From: Azolla caroliniana
Taxonomy: Eukaryota; Plantae; Polypodiophyta
Reading direction: 5' to 3'
Length of the DNA stretch: 64,000 nucleotides
Assembly: GCA_043228905.1 (NCBI GenBank)
Contig: JBHGNT010000001.1
Coordinates: forward strand, 10,478,001-10,542,000
The notes under the pieces were generated by a model. That model saw only the letters and a program-made list of their open reading frames with translations. It made no database searches and was not told the origin of the DNA. Position numbers and translations under genes: made by a program. Positions 11,183-22,220 of the stretch are shown one piece after another (position 1 is the stretch's first letter; every line of letters starts with the position of its first letter).

Positions 11183-14100
11183 TCACTTCGGCATGGGATG
11201 TCTCTCCAATCCGATCCTCTTCCGGCATGCTTCCAGGTTGTCGGGTGTGAGCACCTTGGTCAGTATATCCGACCCGTTCTCGTCCGTGTGGACCTTCGTC
11301 AGCACGAACTCCTTGTCTTCCATCCTTTCCCGGATCCAGTGATATCTTCGCTGGATGTGCTTCGTCCGGGAGTGATAGGCCGCGTTCTTCGCAAGGTGGA
11401 TTGCACTCTGACTGTCGCAGTAGAGTCGGTACTCCTCCTGTCGGATACCGAGCTCTCTAATGAAGTCCTTCATCCATATTATTTCCTTGCCGGCTTCAAC
11501 AGCCGCCATGTACTCCGCCTCCGTGGTTGACAACGCAACCGTCTTCTGCAGCCTCGACTGCCATGAAACAGCTCCCCCTGCATACGTCATCACAGGCCCT
11601 GATGTGGACCGGCTGGTATCTGCATCAGCCGACAGATCCGAATCGGTGAAGCCGTCGAGTTCGGGCTTACCGGAGCCGAATCGGAGGCACACGTTTGCCG
11701 TGCCCTTCAGGTATCGGAGTATCCACTTGGCCGCGTTCCAATGCTCTTTGCCGGGATTGCTCATGTACCGGCTCACCACTCCGACTGCATATCCTATGTC
11801 CGGTCTCGTACACACCATGGCGTACATCAAGCTCCCGACGGCTGAGGCATACGGCACTTTCATCATATCCTCCTTTTCAGCCTTTGTCTTGGGACTTTGC
11901 TTGTTGGACAGCTTGCAGTTTGCCGGGAGGGTCGATCCGACCGGCCTTGCTTCCGACATGTTGAACCGTTTAAGCACCTTTGTCACGTACTTCTCCTGTG
12001 ACAGCCACAACTGCTTCTTGCTCCGGTCCCGGATGATGTGCATCCCTAGTATTTGTCTCGCCGGACCCAAGTCCTTCATTGAGAAGGTTCGGTTAAGAGC
12101 CTTCTTCAGCATCCGTATCTTGACCTGGTCCCGTCCGACGATCAACATGTCGTCCACGTACAGGAGGAGTATTAGAAAGTCTCCTCCTTCGAACTTCTTC
12201 ACAAACACGCAGTGGTCGGACTGCGTTTTGAGGTACCCTTCGTCGGTCATGAAGGAGTCGAACTTCCGGTACCATTGCCGGGGAGCCTGCTTCAGTCCGT
12301 AGAGGCTCTTCTTCAACCGGCATACCAGGTGCTCCTTCCCTTTCTTCTCGAGTCCTTCCGGTTGCTGCATGTAGATCTCTTCTTCGAGGTCACCGTGAAG
12401 GAATGCCGTCTTCACGTCCATCTGTTCTACCTCGAGGTCCATGCTTGCCGCTATGCTCAGCACCGTTCGGATGGAGGTCATCTTCACTACCGGGGCAAAT
12501 ATCTCGTCGAAATCGACGCCCTTCTTCTGCTGAAACCCCTTCACCACGATCCTGGCTTTGTATCTCGGGGGGTTTCCGGCATCTCCCGGTTTCAGCTTGA
12601 ACACCCACTTGTTTCGAAGTGCCCGCTTTTCTTTCGGCAACTCCACAAGTTCATATGTGTGGTTCTCATGCAGGGAATCCATCTCGTCCTGCATGGCACT
12701 CAACCACCTGCGGCTCTGGGTGTCATGCTTTGCTTCTTCAAAGCTCTCCGGCTCCCCCTCGTCGGTTAGCAGCACGTGCTCTGGTTCCGGAAATCTCCGA
12801 GGGGACCTTCTCTCTCTTAGAGGATATCTCCGTTCCGGAGCTTCGGTAACCGGTTCTTCCGATTCTTCTTCATCCGAATCCATTTCGGGATCGGGGCCGG
12901 TTCCGGTATCATTTTCATCTTCTTCGGCTGGTTCTGTTTCTTCACCGTCTTCGGCCGGATCCTCGAGTGCTAACCGGTCGCTTGCCGGTCGGGACTGCTC
13001 CTCGTAGAGTTGATCCTCACCGGTCGACTTGGAGCTCTTCATCTTCTTCTCCGACTCCCAGTCGGCGAGTGTCTTGTTCTCCATGAAGATGATATCTCGA
13101 CTCCTGAATATCTTCTTGTCGACCGGGTCCCATACTCGGTAGCCGAACTCGTCGTCGCCGTAACCGAGGAATATGCATGGCCGGGTCTTTGGATCTAGCT
13201 TTCCTCTCCGGTCCTTTGCCACATGCACGTATGCGAGACACCCGAACACCTTCAGATGCCGGTAAGATACTTCCCTACCGGTCCACACTCTCTGCGGCGT
13301 GTCTCCGTCCAAAGGTACTGAGGGTGATCGGTTTATCACATATGTCGCTGTCGACATTGCCTCAGCCCAAAACCCCTTGGGTAATTTCGCATGCGCCAGC
13401 ATACTCCGGACCCTCTCCATTATGGTCCGGTTCATCCTCTCGGCCAGCCCATTCAGTTCCGGCGTCTTCGGCACAGTAAACTCGAGCCGGATTCCCTTCG
13501 AGCGACAGTACTCCGCGAACTGCCCCCGGTATTCCCCTCCGTTATCCGCTCGTATCGCTTTCAGCTTCTTGCCGGATTCCCTTTCCACTCTCACGTGGAG
13601 TTCTTTGAAGACGCACAACACTTGGTCCTTTGTCTTCATCGGTGCCGTCCACAGTTTTCGGCTATGATCATCTATGAATGTTATGAAGTACTGGGCTCCG
13701 CCATGTGACTTCTTTCTACCTGACACACATCGGTGTGCACCAACTCCAATGGTGCGCTACGTCTCGTCGGTGGCCTTGAGTGGAAGGAGGTTCGGTTCTG
13801 CTTACCGGCCAGGCAATCGGTGCACTTCTCCAGGTGCACATGCTTCACTGGAATAAGGTTGTCTTCTGCAAGCCTCTTCATCCCCTTCTCACTCATGTGG
13901 CACAGTCTTTTGTGCCACAGCTCACCGGCAGTGTCGGCTGCCACATTCAGCTCTTCCGGACATAACCGGGCATTCATCAGGTACAGTGTGTTGATCTTCC
14001 GGGCCCGAGCCACTATCAGGCTCCCTTTGCTGAACTTCATTACGCCGTTCCGGATGCTACCTGTGTAGCCTTCATCGTCTAGCCTCCCGGCCGAAATCAG

Positions 14101-15255
14101 GTTCAATCGAACCTCCGGAACGTGTCGGACATCCTTCAGCAGCATTTTGCATCCGGTCGGGGTTGTCAACCACACGTCTCCTATGTCGGAAATCCGGCAC
14201 GTACCTTCATTTCCCATCCGAACACAGCCATGTTCACCGGCTGTGTAGGATGAGAAGTATCTTCTCTCCGGGGTCAGGTGGAACGATGCTCCGGAATCGA
14301 CCACCCAGGTCGTCTCATCGCCGGCAATGTTTAGTTCACCTTCTTCGGTGATGAGCATGATTTCTTCCTCACTTGCCGCGAGTGCCGTCGTTCCTTTCCG
14401 GTCCTGCCCTCGCCGATCCGGACCTCTCCGGTCCGTGGCTCCCCGGTATGCATCGTTTCTCTCCGGTGACTTCTTCGAATCGGTGTCGTCGGCTCCGTTG
14501 TCCTTTCGGTAATGCCGACAATTCTTCCGGAAGTGCCCCGGCTTCCCACAGTGGAAGCATGTGGGTCTTCCTCTTGACTGCGACCGGGTCCCCGACTTCT
14601 CCCGTCTTTGCAGACTCCGGTTCCATTGTCTTCCCCGTTCCGATTCGGTAAGCAGCGCCTTCGAGTCGGAGGCCGGTTCTTTATCTCTCCGACGCGCTTC
14701 TTCGTTCAAAATACTTGTCTTTACCGTTTGTAGGGACAAGTTATCTTCGGTGCAGGAGGTGCTGAGAGTCACCACCAAGTTCTCCCAGCTTTCCGGCAAT
14801 GTACACATCAGGATGATGGCTTGCATTGCATCCTCCAACGGGAACTTGATCGCCGCAAGCTGGTTCACGAATCCCATGAACGTGCTTACGTGTTCCACCA
14901 TACTCTCGCCGTCCCGGTACTTGAGGTTCACTATCTTCCTCATCAGGGAGGTCCGGTTCAACGCATTCTTCCTCTCATAGAGGCCCGACAGCTTCCGCCA
15001 CATCTCATATGCGTTGGTGTCGTTCGCCACATGTTGTAGAACGCTCACGTCTACGTATTGCCGAATGGTTGCAACGGCTTTCCGGTTCAGAAGCCTCCAT
15101 TCCGACTCAAGTACTCCCTTCGGTATTTCCGACCTGTCAATCGGTTCGTACAGGTCCCGAACAATCAAAAGATCCTCCATCTTGATCTTCCAGTCGGCGT
15201 AATTCTGCGCATTCAGCACCATCATCCCCGGTTGCCCGCTGCCGCCGCCTTCCAT
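11183..15255 (-). pseudogene. Copia E gag-pol, single frameshift near 13715
   Basis: ORFs of 543 aa and 847 aa join to a full gag-PR-INT-RT-RH polyprotein; one base is missing relative to element F at the join. Confidence 0.92.
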
Positions 15256-15401
15256 TTTCTGCAGCAGCTCGCTCTGATACCAAATTGATGGAAATAAATC
15301 GACACTTTCCAAGCTTCACCTCTCGGCCACAACCAAGGAAACACACGAATCGTTGTTGCAGAAAATGGGAAGTGCGAAAAATAGAGTGTACACATATGAC
15401 T

Positions 15402-18400
15402 TGTTGGGAATCAACGCTTGGATTCACCTTCACCACTCGGCCACAACCGATTAATCGCGGATCAATGTAGCAGAAAATAGGAAATACAGAGAAAGACGCG
15501 ATACACAGGGATTAACGTGGAAAACCCTATACGGGAAAAACCACGGGAGTGCGAGACTCCGAACCAAACTATGCACAGAGAAATATACAATGACGAGCTG
15601 CAAGGCAACGACCTTGAGCTCGCTGTCCTCGCCACAGGCGGCGGAAATACACAGAGGCGTCTACCTCTTCCTCTCTCGCGCTCTATCTCTCTCTCTCTCT
15701 CTCACGGCTGCTCCCTCTTCACTCCTCTTGAGTGGAAAAACAGAAAAATAAGAAGCAACAGAAAAACTATTTGCCCTAAGTCATATTTATACTTATATGA
15801 CTTTGGGCTATTTACAACTATAGCCTCAGGGGGCTCGTAGCGAACATATTCACGGATATGTCCCTGCATCCGGATCGCTCTTCGGGTACATTCGTCATCC
15901 GGCACCGAAGCCGGGGTCTTCGTCATCCGGATCCGAAACCGAAACCGGGCTTGTCGGCATTCATCTCCGATATCCGACCATCCCATCCGAAAGGGACCGT
16001 AATCCCAACAAACTCCCCCTTCACTTCGGCATGGGATGTCTCTCCAATCCGACCCTCTTCCGGCATGCTTCCAGCTTGTCGGGTGTGAGGACCTTGGTCA
16101 GCATATCCGACCCGTTCTCGTCCGTGTGGATCTTCGTCAGCACGAACTCCTTGTCCTCTATCCTTTCCCGGATCCAGTGGTATCTACGCTGGATGTGTTT
16201 CGTCCGGGAATGGTAGGCCGCGTTCTTCGCAAGGTGGATGGCACTCTGACTATCGCAGTAGAGTCGGTACTCCTCTTGCCGGATACGAGCTCTCTAATGA
16301 AGTCCTTCATCCATATTATTTCCTTGCCGGCTTCAACAGCCGCCATGTACTCCGCCTCCGTGGTTGACAACGCAACCGTCTTCTGCAGCCTCGACTGCCA
16401 CGAAACAGCTCCCCCTGCATACGTCATCACATACCCTGATGTGGACCGGCTGGTATCTGCATCAGCCGACATATCAGAATCAGTAAAGCCTTCGAGTTCG
16501 GGCTTACCGGAGCCGAATCGGAGGCACACGTTTGCCGTGCCCTTCAGGTATCGGAGTATCCACTTGGCCGCGTTCCAATGCTCTTTGCCGGGATTGCTCA
16601 TGTACCGGCTCACCACTCCGACTGCATATCCGATGTCCGGTCTCGTACACACCATGGCGTACATCAAGCTCCCGACAGCTGAGGCATACGGCACTTTCAT
16701 CATATCCTCCTTTTCAGCCTTTGTCTTGGGACTTTGCTTGCTGGACAACTTGCAGTTTGCCGGTAGGGTTGATCCGACCGGTCTTGCTTCCGACATGTTG
16801 AACCGTTGAAGCACCTTTGTCACGTACTTCTCTTGTGACAGCCACAACTGCTTCTTGCTCCGGTCCCGGATGATGTGCATCCCTAGTATTTGCCTCGCCG
16901 GACCCAGGTCCTTCATTGAGAAGGTTCGGTGAAGAGCCTTCTTCAGCATCCGTATCTTGACCTGGTCCCGTCCGACGATCAACATGTCGTCCACGTACAG
17001 GAGGAGTATTAGGGAGTCTCCTCCTTCGAACTTCTTCACAAACACGCAGTGGTCGGACTGCGTTTTGAGGTACCCTTCGTCGGTCATGAAGGAGTCGAAC
17101 TTCCGGTACCATTGCCGGGGAGCCTGCTTCAGTCCGTAAAGGCTCTTCTTCAACCGGCATACCAGGTGCTCCTTCCCTTTCTTCTCGAATCCTTCCGGTT
17201 GCTGCATGTAGATCTCTTCTTCGAGGTCACCGTGAAGGAATGCCGTCTTCACGTCCATCTGTTCTACCTCGAGGTCCATGCTTGCCGCTATGCTCAGCAC
17301 CGTCCGGATGGAGGTCATCTTCACTACCGGGGCAAATATCTCGTCGAAGTCGACGCCCTTCTTCTGCTGAAACCCCTTCACCACGATCCTGGCTTTGTAT
17401 CTCGGGGGGTTTCCGGCATCTCCCGGTTTCAGCTTGAACACCCACTTGTTTCGCAGTGCCCGCTTTCCTTTCGGCAACTCCACAAGTTCATATGTGTGGT
17501 TCTCATGCAGGGAATCCATCTCGTCCTGCATGGCACTCAACCACCTGCGGCTCTGGGTGTCATGCTTTGCTTCTTCAAAGCTCTCCGGCTCCCCCTCGTC
17601 GGTTAGCAACACGTGCTCTGGTTCCGGAAATCTCCGGGGGGCCCTTCTCTCTCTTAGAGGGTATCTCCGTTCCGGAGCTTCGGTAACCGGTTCTTCCGAT
17701 TCTTCTTCTTCATCCGAATCCATTTCGGGATCGGGGCCGGTTCCGGTATCGTTTTCATCTTCTTCGGCCGGTTCTGTTTCTTCACCGTCTTCGGCCGGAT
17801 CCTCGAGTGCTAACCGGTCCCTTGCCGGTCGGGACTGCTCCTCGTAGAGTTGATCCTCACCGGTCGACTTGGAGCTCTTCATCTTCTTCTCCGACTCCCA
17901 GTCGGCGAGCGTCTTGTTCTCCATGAAGATGATATCACGACTCCGGAATATCTTCTTGTCGACCGGGTCCCATACTCGGTAGCCGAACTCGTCGTCGCCG
18001 TAACCGAGGAATATGCATGGCCGGGTCTTTGGATCTAGCTTTCCTCTCCGGTCCTTTGCCACATGCACGTATGCGAGACACCCGAACACCTTCAGATGCC
18101 GGTAGGACACTTCCTTACCGGTCCACACTCTCTGCGGCGTGTCTCCGTCCAAAGGAACTGAGGGTGATCTGTTTATCACATATGTCGCCGTCGACATTGC
18201 CTCAGCCCAAAACCCCTTGGGTAATTTCGCATGCGCCAGCATACTCCGGACCCGCTCCATTATGGTCCGGTTCATCCTCTCGGCCAGCCCGTTCAGTTCC
18301 GGCGTCTTCGGCACAGTAAACTCGAGCCGGATTCCCTTCGAGCGACAGTACTCCTGGAACTGCCCTCGGTATTCCCCTCCGTTATCCGCTCGTATCGCTT

Positions 18401-20734
18401 TCAGCTTCTTGCCGGATTCTCTTTCCACTCTCGCGTGGAGTTCTTTGAAGACGGACAATACTTGGTCCTTTGTCTTCAGCGGTGCCGTCCACAGTTTTCG
18501 GCTATGATCATCGATGAATGTTACGAAGTACTGGGCTCCGCCATGTGACTTCGTCTCTACCTGACACACGTCAGTGTGCACCAACTCCAATGGTGCGCTA
18601 CGTCTCGTCGGTGGCCTTGAGTGGAAGGAGGTTCGGTTCTGCTTACCGGCCAGGCAATCGGTGCACTTCTCCAGGTGCACGTGCTTCACTGGGATGAGGT
18701 TGTCTTCTGCAAGCCTCTTCATCCCCTTCTCACTCATGTGGCACAGTCTTTTGTGCCACAGCTCACCGGCAGTGTCGGCTGCCACATTCAGCTCTTCCGG
18801 ACATAACCGGGCATTCATCAGGTACAGTGTGTTGACCTTCCGGGCCCGAGCCACTATCAAGCTCCCTTTGCTGAACTTCATGACACCGTTCCGGATGCTA
18901 CCTGTGTAGCCTTCATCGTCTAGCCTCCCGGCCGAAATCAGGTTCAGTCGAACCTCCGGAACGTGTCGGACATCCTTCAGCAGCATTTTGCATCCGGTCG
19001 GGGTTGTCAACCACACGTCTCCTATGCCGGCAATCCGGCACGTACCTTCATTTCCCATCCGAACACAGCCATGCTCACCGGCTGTGTAGGATGAGAAGTA
19101 TCTTCTCTCCGGGGTCAGGTGGAACGATGCTCCGGAATCGACCACCCAGGTCGTCTCATCGCCGGCAACGTTTAGCTCACCTTCTTCGGTGATGAGCATG
19201 ATTTCTTCCTCACTTGCCGCGAGTGCCGTTGTTCCTTTCCGGTCCTGCCCTCGCCGATCCGAACCTCTCCGGTCCGTGGCTCCCCGGTATGCACCGTTTC
19301 TCTCCGGTGACTTCTTCGAGTCGGTGTCGTCGGCTCCGTTGTCTTTTCGGTAATGCCGACAATTCTTTCGGAAGTGCCCCGGCTTCCCACAGTGGAAGCA
19401 TGTGGGTCTTCCTCTTGACTGCGACCGGGTCCCAGACTTCTCCCGTCTTTGCGGACTCCGGTTCCATTGTCTTCCCCGATCCGATTCGGTAAACAGCATC
19501 TTCGGGTCGGAGGCCGGTTCCTTATCTCTCCGACGCGCTTCTTCATTCAGAATACTTGTCTTTACCGTTTGTAAGGACAAGTTATCTTCGGTGCACGAGG
19601 TGCTGAGAGTCACCACCAAGTTCTCCCAGCTTTCCGGCAATGTACACATCAGGATGATGGCTTGCATTGCATCCTCCAACGGGAACTTGATCGCCGCAAG
19701 CTGATTCACGAATCCCATGAACGTGCTTACGTGTTCCACCATACTCTCGCCGTCCCGGTACTTGAGATTCACTATCTTCCTCATCAGGGAGGTCCGGTTC
19801 AACGCATTCTTCCTCTCATAGAGGCCCGACAACTTCTTCCACATCTCGTATGCGTTGGTGTCGTTCGCCACATGTTGTAGGACGCTTACATCGACGTATT
19901 GTCGGATCGTCGCTACGGCTTTCCGGTTCAGGAGCTTCCACTCCGACTCAAGTACCCCTTTCGGTATTTCCGACCTGTCAATCGGTTCGTACAGGTCCCG
20001 AACAATCAGAAGATCCTCCATCTTGATCTTCCAGTCGGCGTAATTCTGTGCATTCAGCACCATCATCGTCGGCTGCCCGCTGCCGCCGCCTTCCATTTTC
20101 TGCAACAGTCGCTCTGATACCAGTTTGTTGGGAATCAACGCTTGGATTCACCTTCACCACTCGGCCACAACCGATTAATCGCGGATCAATGTAGCAGAAA
20201 ATAGGAAATACAGAGAAAGACGCGATACACAGGGATTAACGTGGAAAACCCTATACGGGAAAAACCACGGGAGTGCGAGACTCCGAACCAAACTATGCAC
20301 AGAGAAATATACAATGACGAGCTGCAAGGCAACGACCTTGAGCTCGCTGTCCTCGCCACAGGCGGCGGAAATACACAGAGGCGTCTACCTCTTCCTCTCT
20401 CGCGCTCTATCTCTCTCTCTCTCTCTCACGGCTGCTCCCTCTTCACTCCTCTTGAGTGGAAAAACAGAAAAATAAGAAGCAACAGAAAAACTATTTGCCC
20501 TAAGTCATATTTATACTTATATGACTTTGGGCTATTTACAACTATAGCCTCAGGGGGCTCGTAGCGAACATATTCACGGATATGTCCCTGCATCCGGATC
20601 GCTCTTCGGGTACATTCGTCATCCGGCACCGAAGCCGGGGTCTTCGTCATCCGGATCCGAAACCGAAACCGGGCTTGTCGGCATTCATCTCCGATATCCG
20701 ACCATCCCATCCGAAAGGGACCGTAATCCCAACA
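15402..20734 (-). mobile_element. Copia element F inserted in the 5' LTR of E (youngest insertion)
   Basis: Two 609-bp LTRs (15402-16010, 20126-20734) with no difference seen by eye; PBS-Met at 20111-20122; TSD TGACT at 15397-15401 and 20735-20739. Confidence 0.96.
16021..20096 (-). CDS. Copia F gag-pol polyprotein, intact except a 1-bp deletion in RNase H near 16286
   Basis: The 1326-aa ORF has all domains; it leaves the frame at KDFIREL|VSG where E reads KDFIREL|GIR. Confidence 0.92.
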
Positions 20735-21082
20735 TGACTTTGGGGCTATTTACAACTATAGCCTCAAGGGCCCTTGGCAAACATATTCACAGATATGTCC
20801 CCGCATCCGGATCTCGCTCCGGGTACATTCGTCATCCGGCTCCGAAGCCGGGGTCTTCATCATCCGGTTCCGAAACCGAAACCGGGCTTGTCGGCATTCA
20901 TCTCCGATATCCGACCATCCCATCCGAAAGGGACCGTAATCCCAACAGTTTTCCACGTAAACCTCCTGTGTATCTTCCTTTTCTTTTGTGTCGTGTTCAA
21001 TTTCCCGTTTTTCTGTGTACCATTCTAAGCTCGGTTGTGGCCGAGACTTGCGCATAAGGAACGACCAGTTCCCGTCAAAGCG

Positions 21083-21765
21083 GCGTGCCATAACTACGAA
21101 GTTATGGTAGAAGACAAGCGGGCGGGTAAGGGCGGAGGAGCCGGACCCTCTAGCCAATATGAGACGCACAGTGTACAGAAGAAGAATGACGCTAGTAATT
21201 CTGGCGTACAGGATAGAACAAAGTAGGCCGGTTACCGGCTAGGCACAGAAATAGAGAGGGCTACAAACTTGCGGAAAGTCCTAGACAATAGGGTGGGGTT
21301 GATGCTAAGGGAGGTGCTAGGAATCGTCAAGAAGGAGTTCCACAACTCCATCGTAGACTTGGTGAAGTGTAAGAGGCTCACGACAGAGCCAAAACTAGAA
21401 AGGCCCGTAGAAGTACAGACGGCGTACTTGGAAGACGCGACCGTATAACACGAATTGGCGGAGAGCCACTACTCGAAGCCACACTAGGTGAGGGCAACGA
21501 CGGAAACTCCCGTCCGGATCGGGAACGTTCAAGAGCCGATGGTGGCCCTGATAGACCATGGATCTGAAATCAAACCGATGTCCATGGATTTCTACAAAAA
21601 GGGGAAGTGGCCGATCAAAACCAAGCCCGAGTGGAAAATATGTGTGGCTATGCGCGCTATGGAGGAGCTGCACGGGGCGTGCCCAAATGTACGCGTGAAG
21701 ATCGGCGATGTCGAAATCGATCAACACTTTTTCGTATAGGAGACTTCCTCGCACCCGGTGATCTA
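21083..21765 (+). pseudogene. Gypsy C gag end and aspartic protease (disrupted)
   Basis: ALIDHGSEI protease motif and ...VKIGDVEIDQHFFV; resumes C after the TSD of element D. Confidence 0.8.
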
Positions 21766-21778
21766 TGTAGTCACCCAA

Positions 21779-21832
<54 letters not shown>

Positions 21833-22220
21833 CAGAGAATACGCAGGGTAAAAGTATATTGATAAAGGAGAAAGACTCAACATTGTACAAGGTGGGAGGA
21901 GGGTGCTTTATGTAGTCACCCTCTCTCTTCATTAACTACAAGCCTCATGGAGCATGAGGAATGTGAAAGCTCATAAGTTATGTGTCATAGAATATGATTC
22001 TATGACTCATACTAAATGCTAGAATACAAAGTGGTGACATAATGGTGACTCTTGACCGTTGGAGTGTCTCTTCACTCTCAAGGTGAGTTCACACACTAGA
22101 CCAAGTTGAGCTTGATTCTCAACACGCCCCCTCAAGCTCAAGTTGGGTCGGTTTCATACGGTATCCGAAATCCGCTTCAACTCGTGTTCCGGAGTCCGCG
22201 TCGACTCGCGTCGGCTCGCT

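Larger units (their letters stand above)
10568..20947 (-). mobile_element. Copia element E inserted in the 3' LTR of D
   Basis: LTRs 10568-11172 and 15286-15401 plus 20740-20947; PBS-Met (GCTCTGATACCA on +) at 15271-15282; PPT at 11173-11186; TSD GTTTT at 10563-10567 and 20948-20952. Confidence 0.94.
5306..21077 (+). mobile_element. Copia LTR retrotransposon D (Tork/Tnt1-like)
   Basis: 5' LTR 5306-6018; PBS-Met-like TGGTATTAGAGC at 6021; PPT GAAGGGGGAG; 3' LTR 10090-10567 plus 20953-21077; TSD AAGCG at 5301-5305 and 21078-21082. Confidence 0.95.

Noticed and set aside
11198-20117. Many plus-strand ORFs of 60-280 aa
   Set aside because: They are antisense shadows of GC-rich gag-pol sequence with no independent motifs.
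10568-20947. E and F as a tandem dimer sharing a middle LTR
   Set aside because: F has its own LTR pair and a TGACT TSD inside the LTR of E, so it is a nested insertion.
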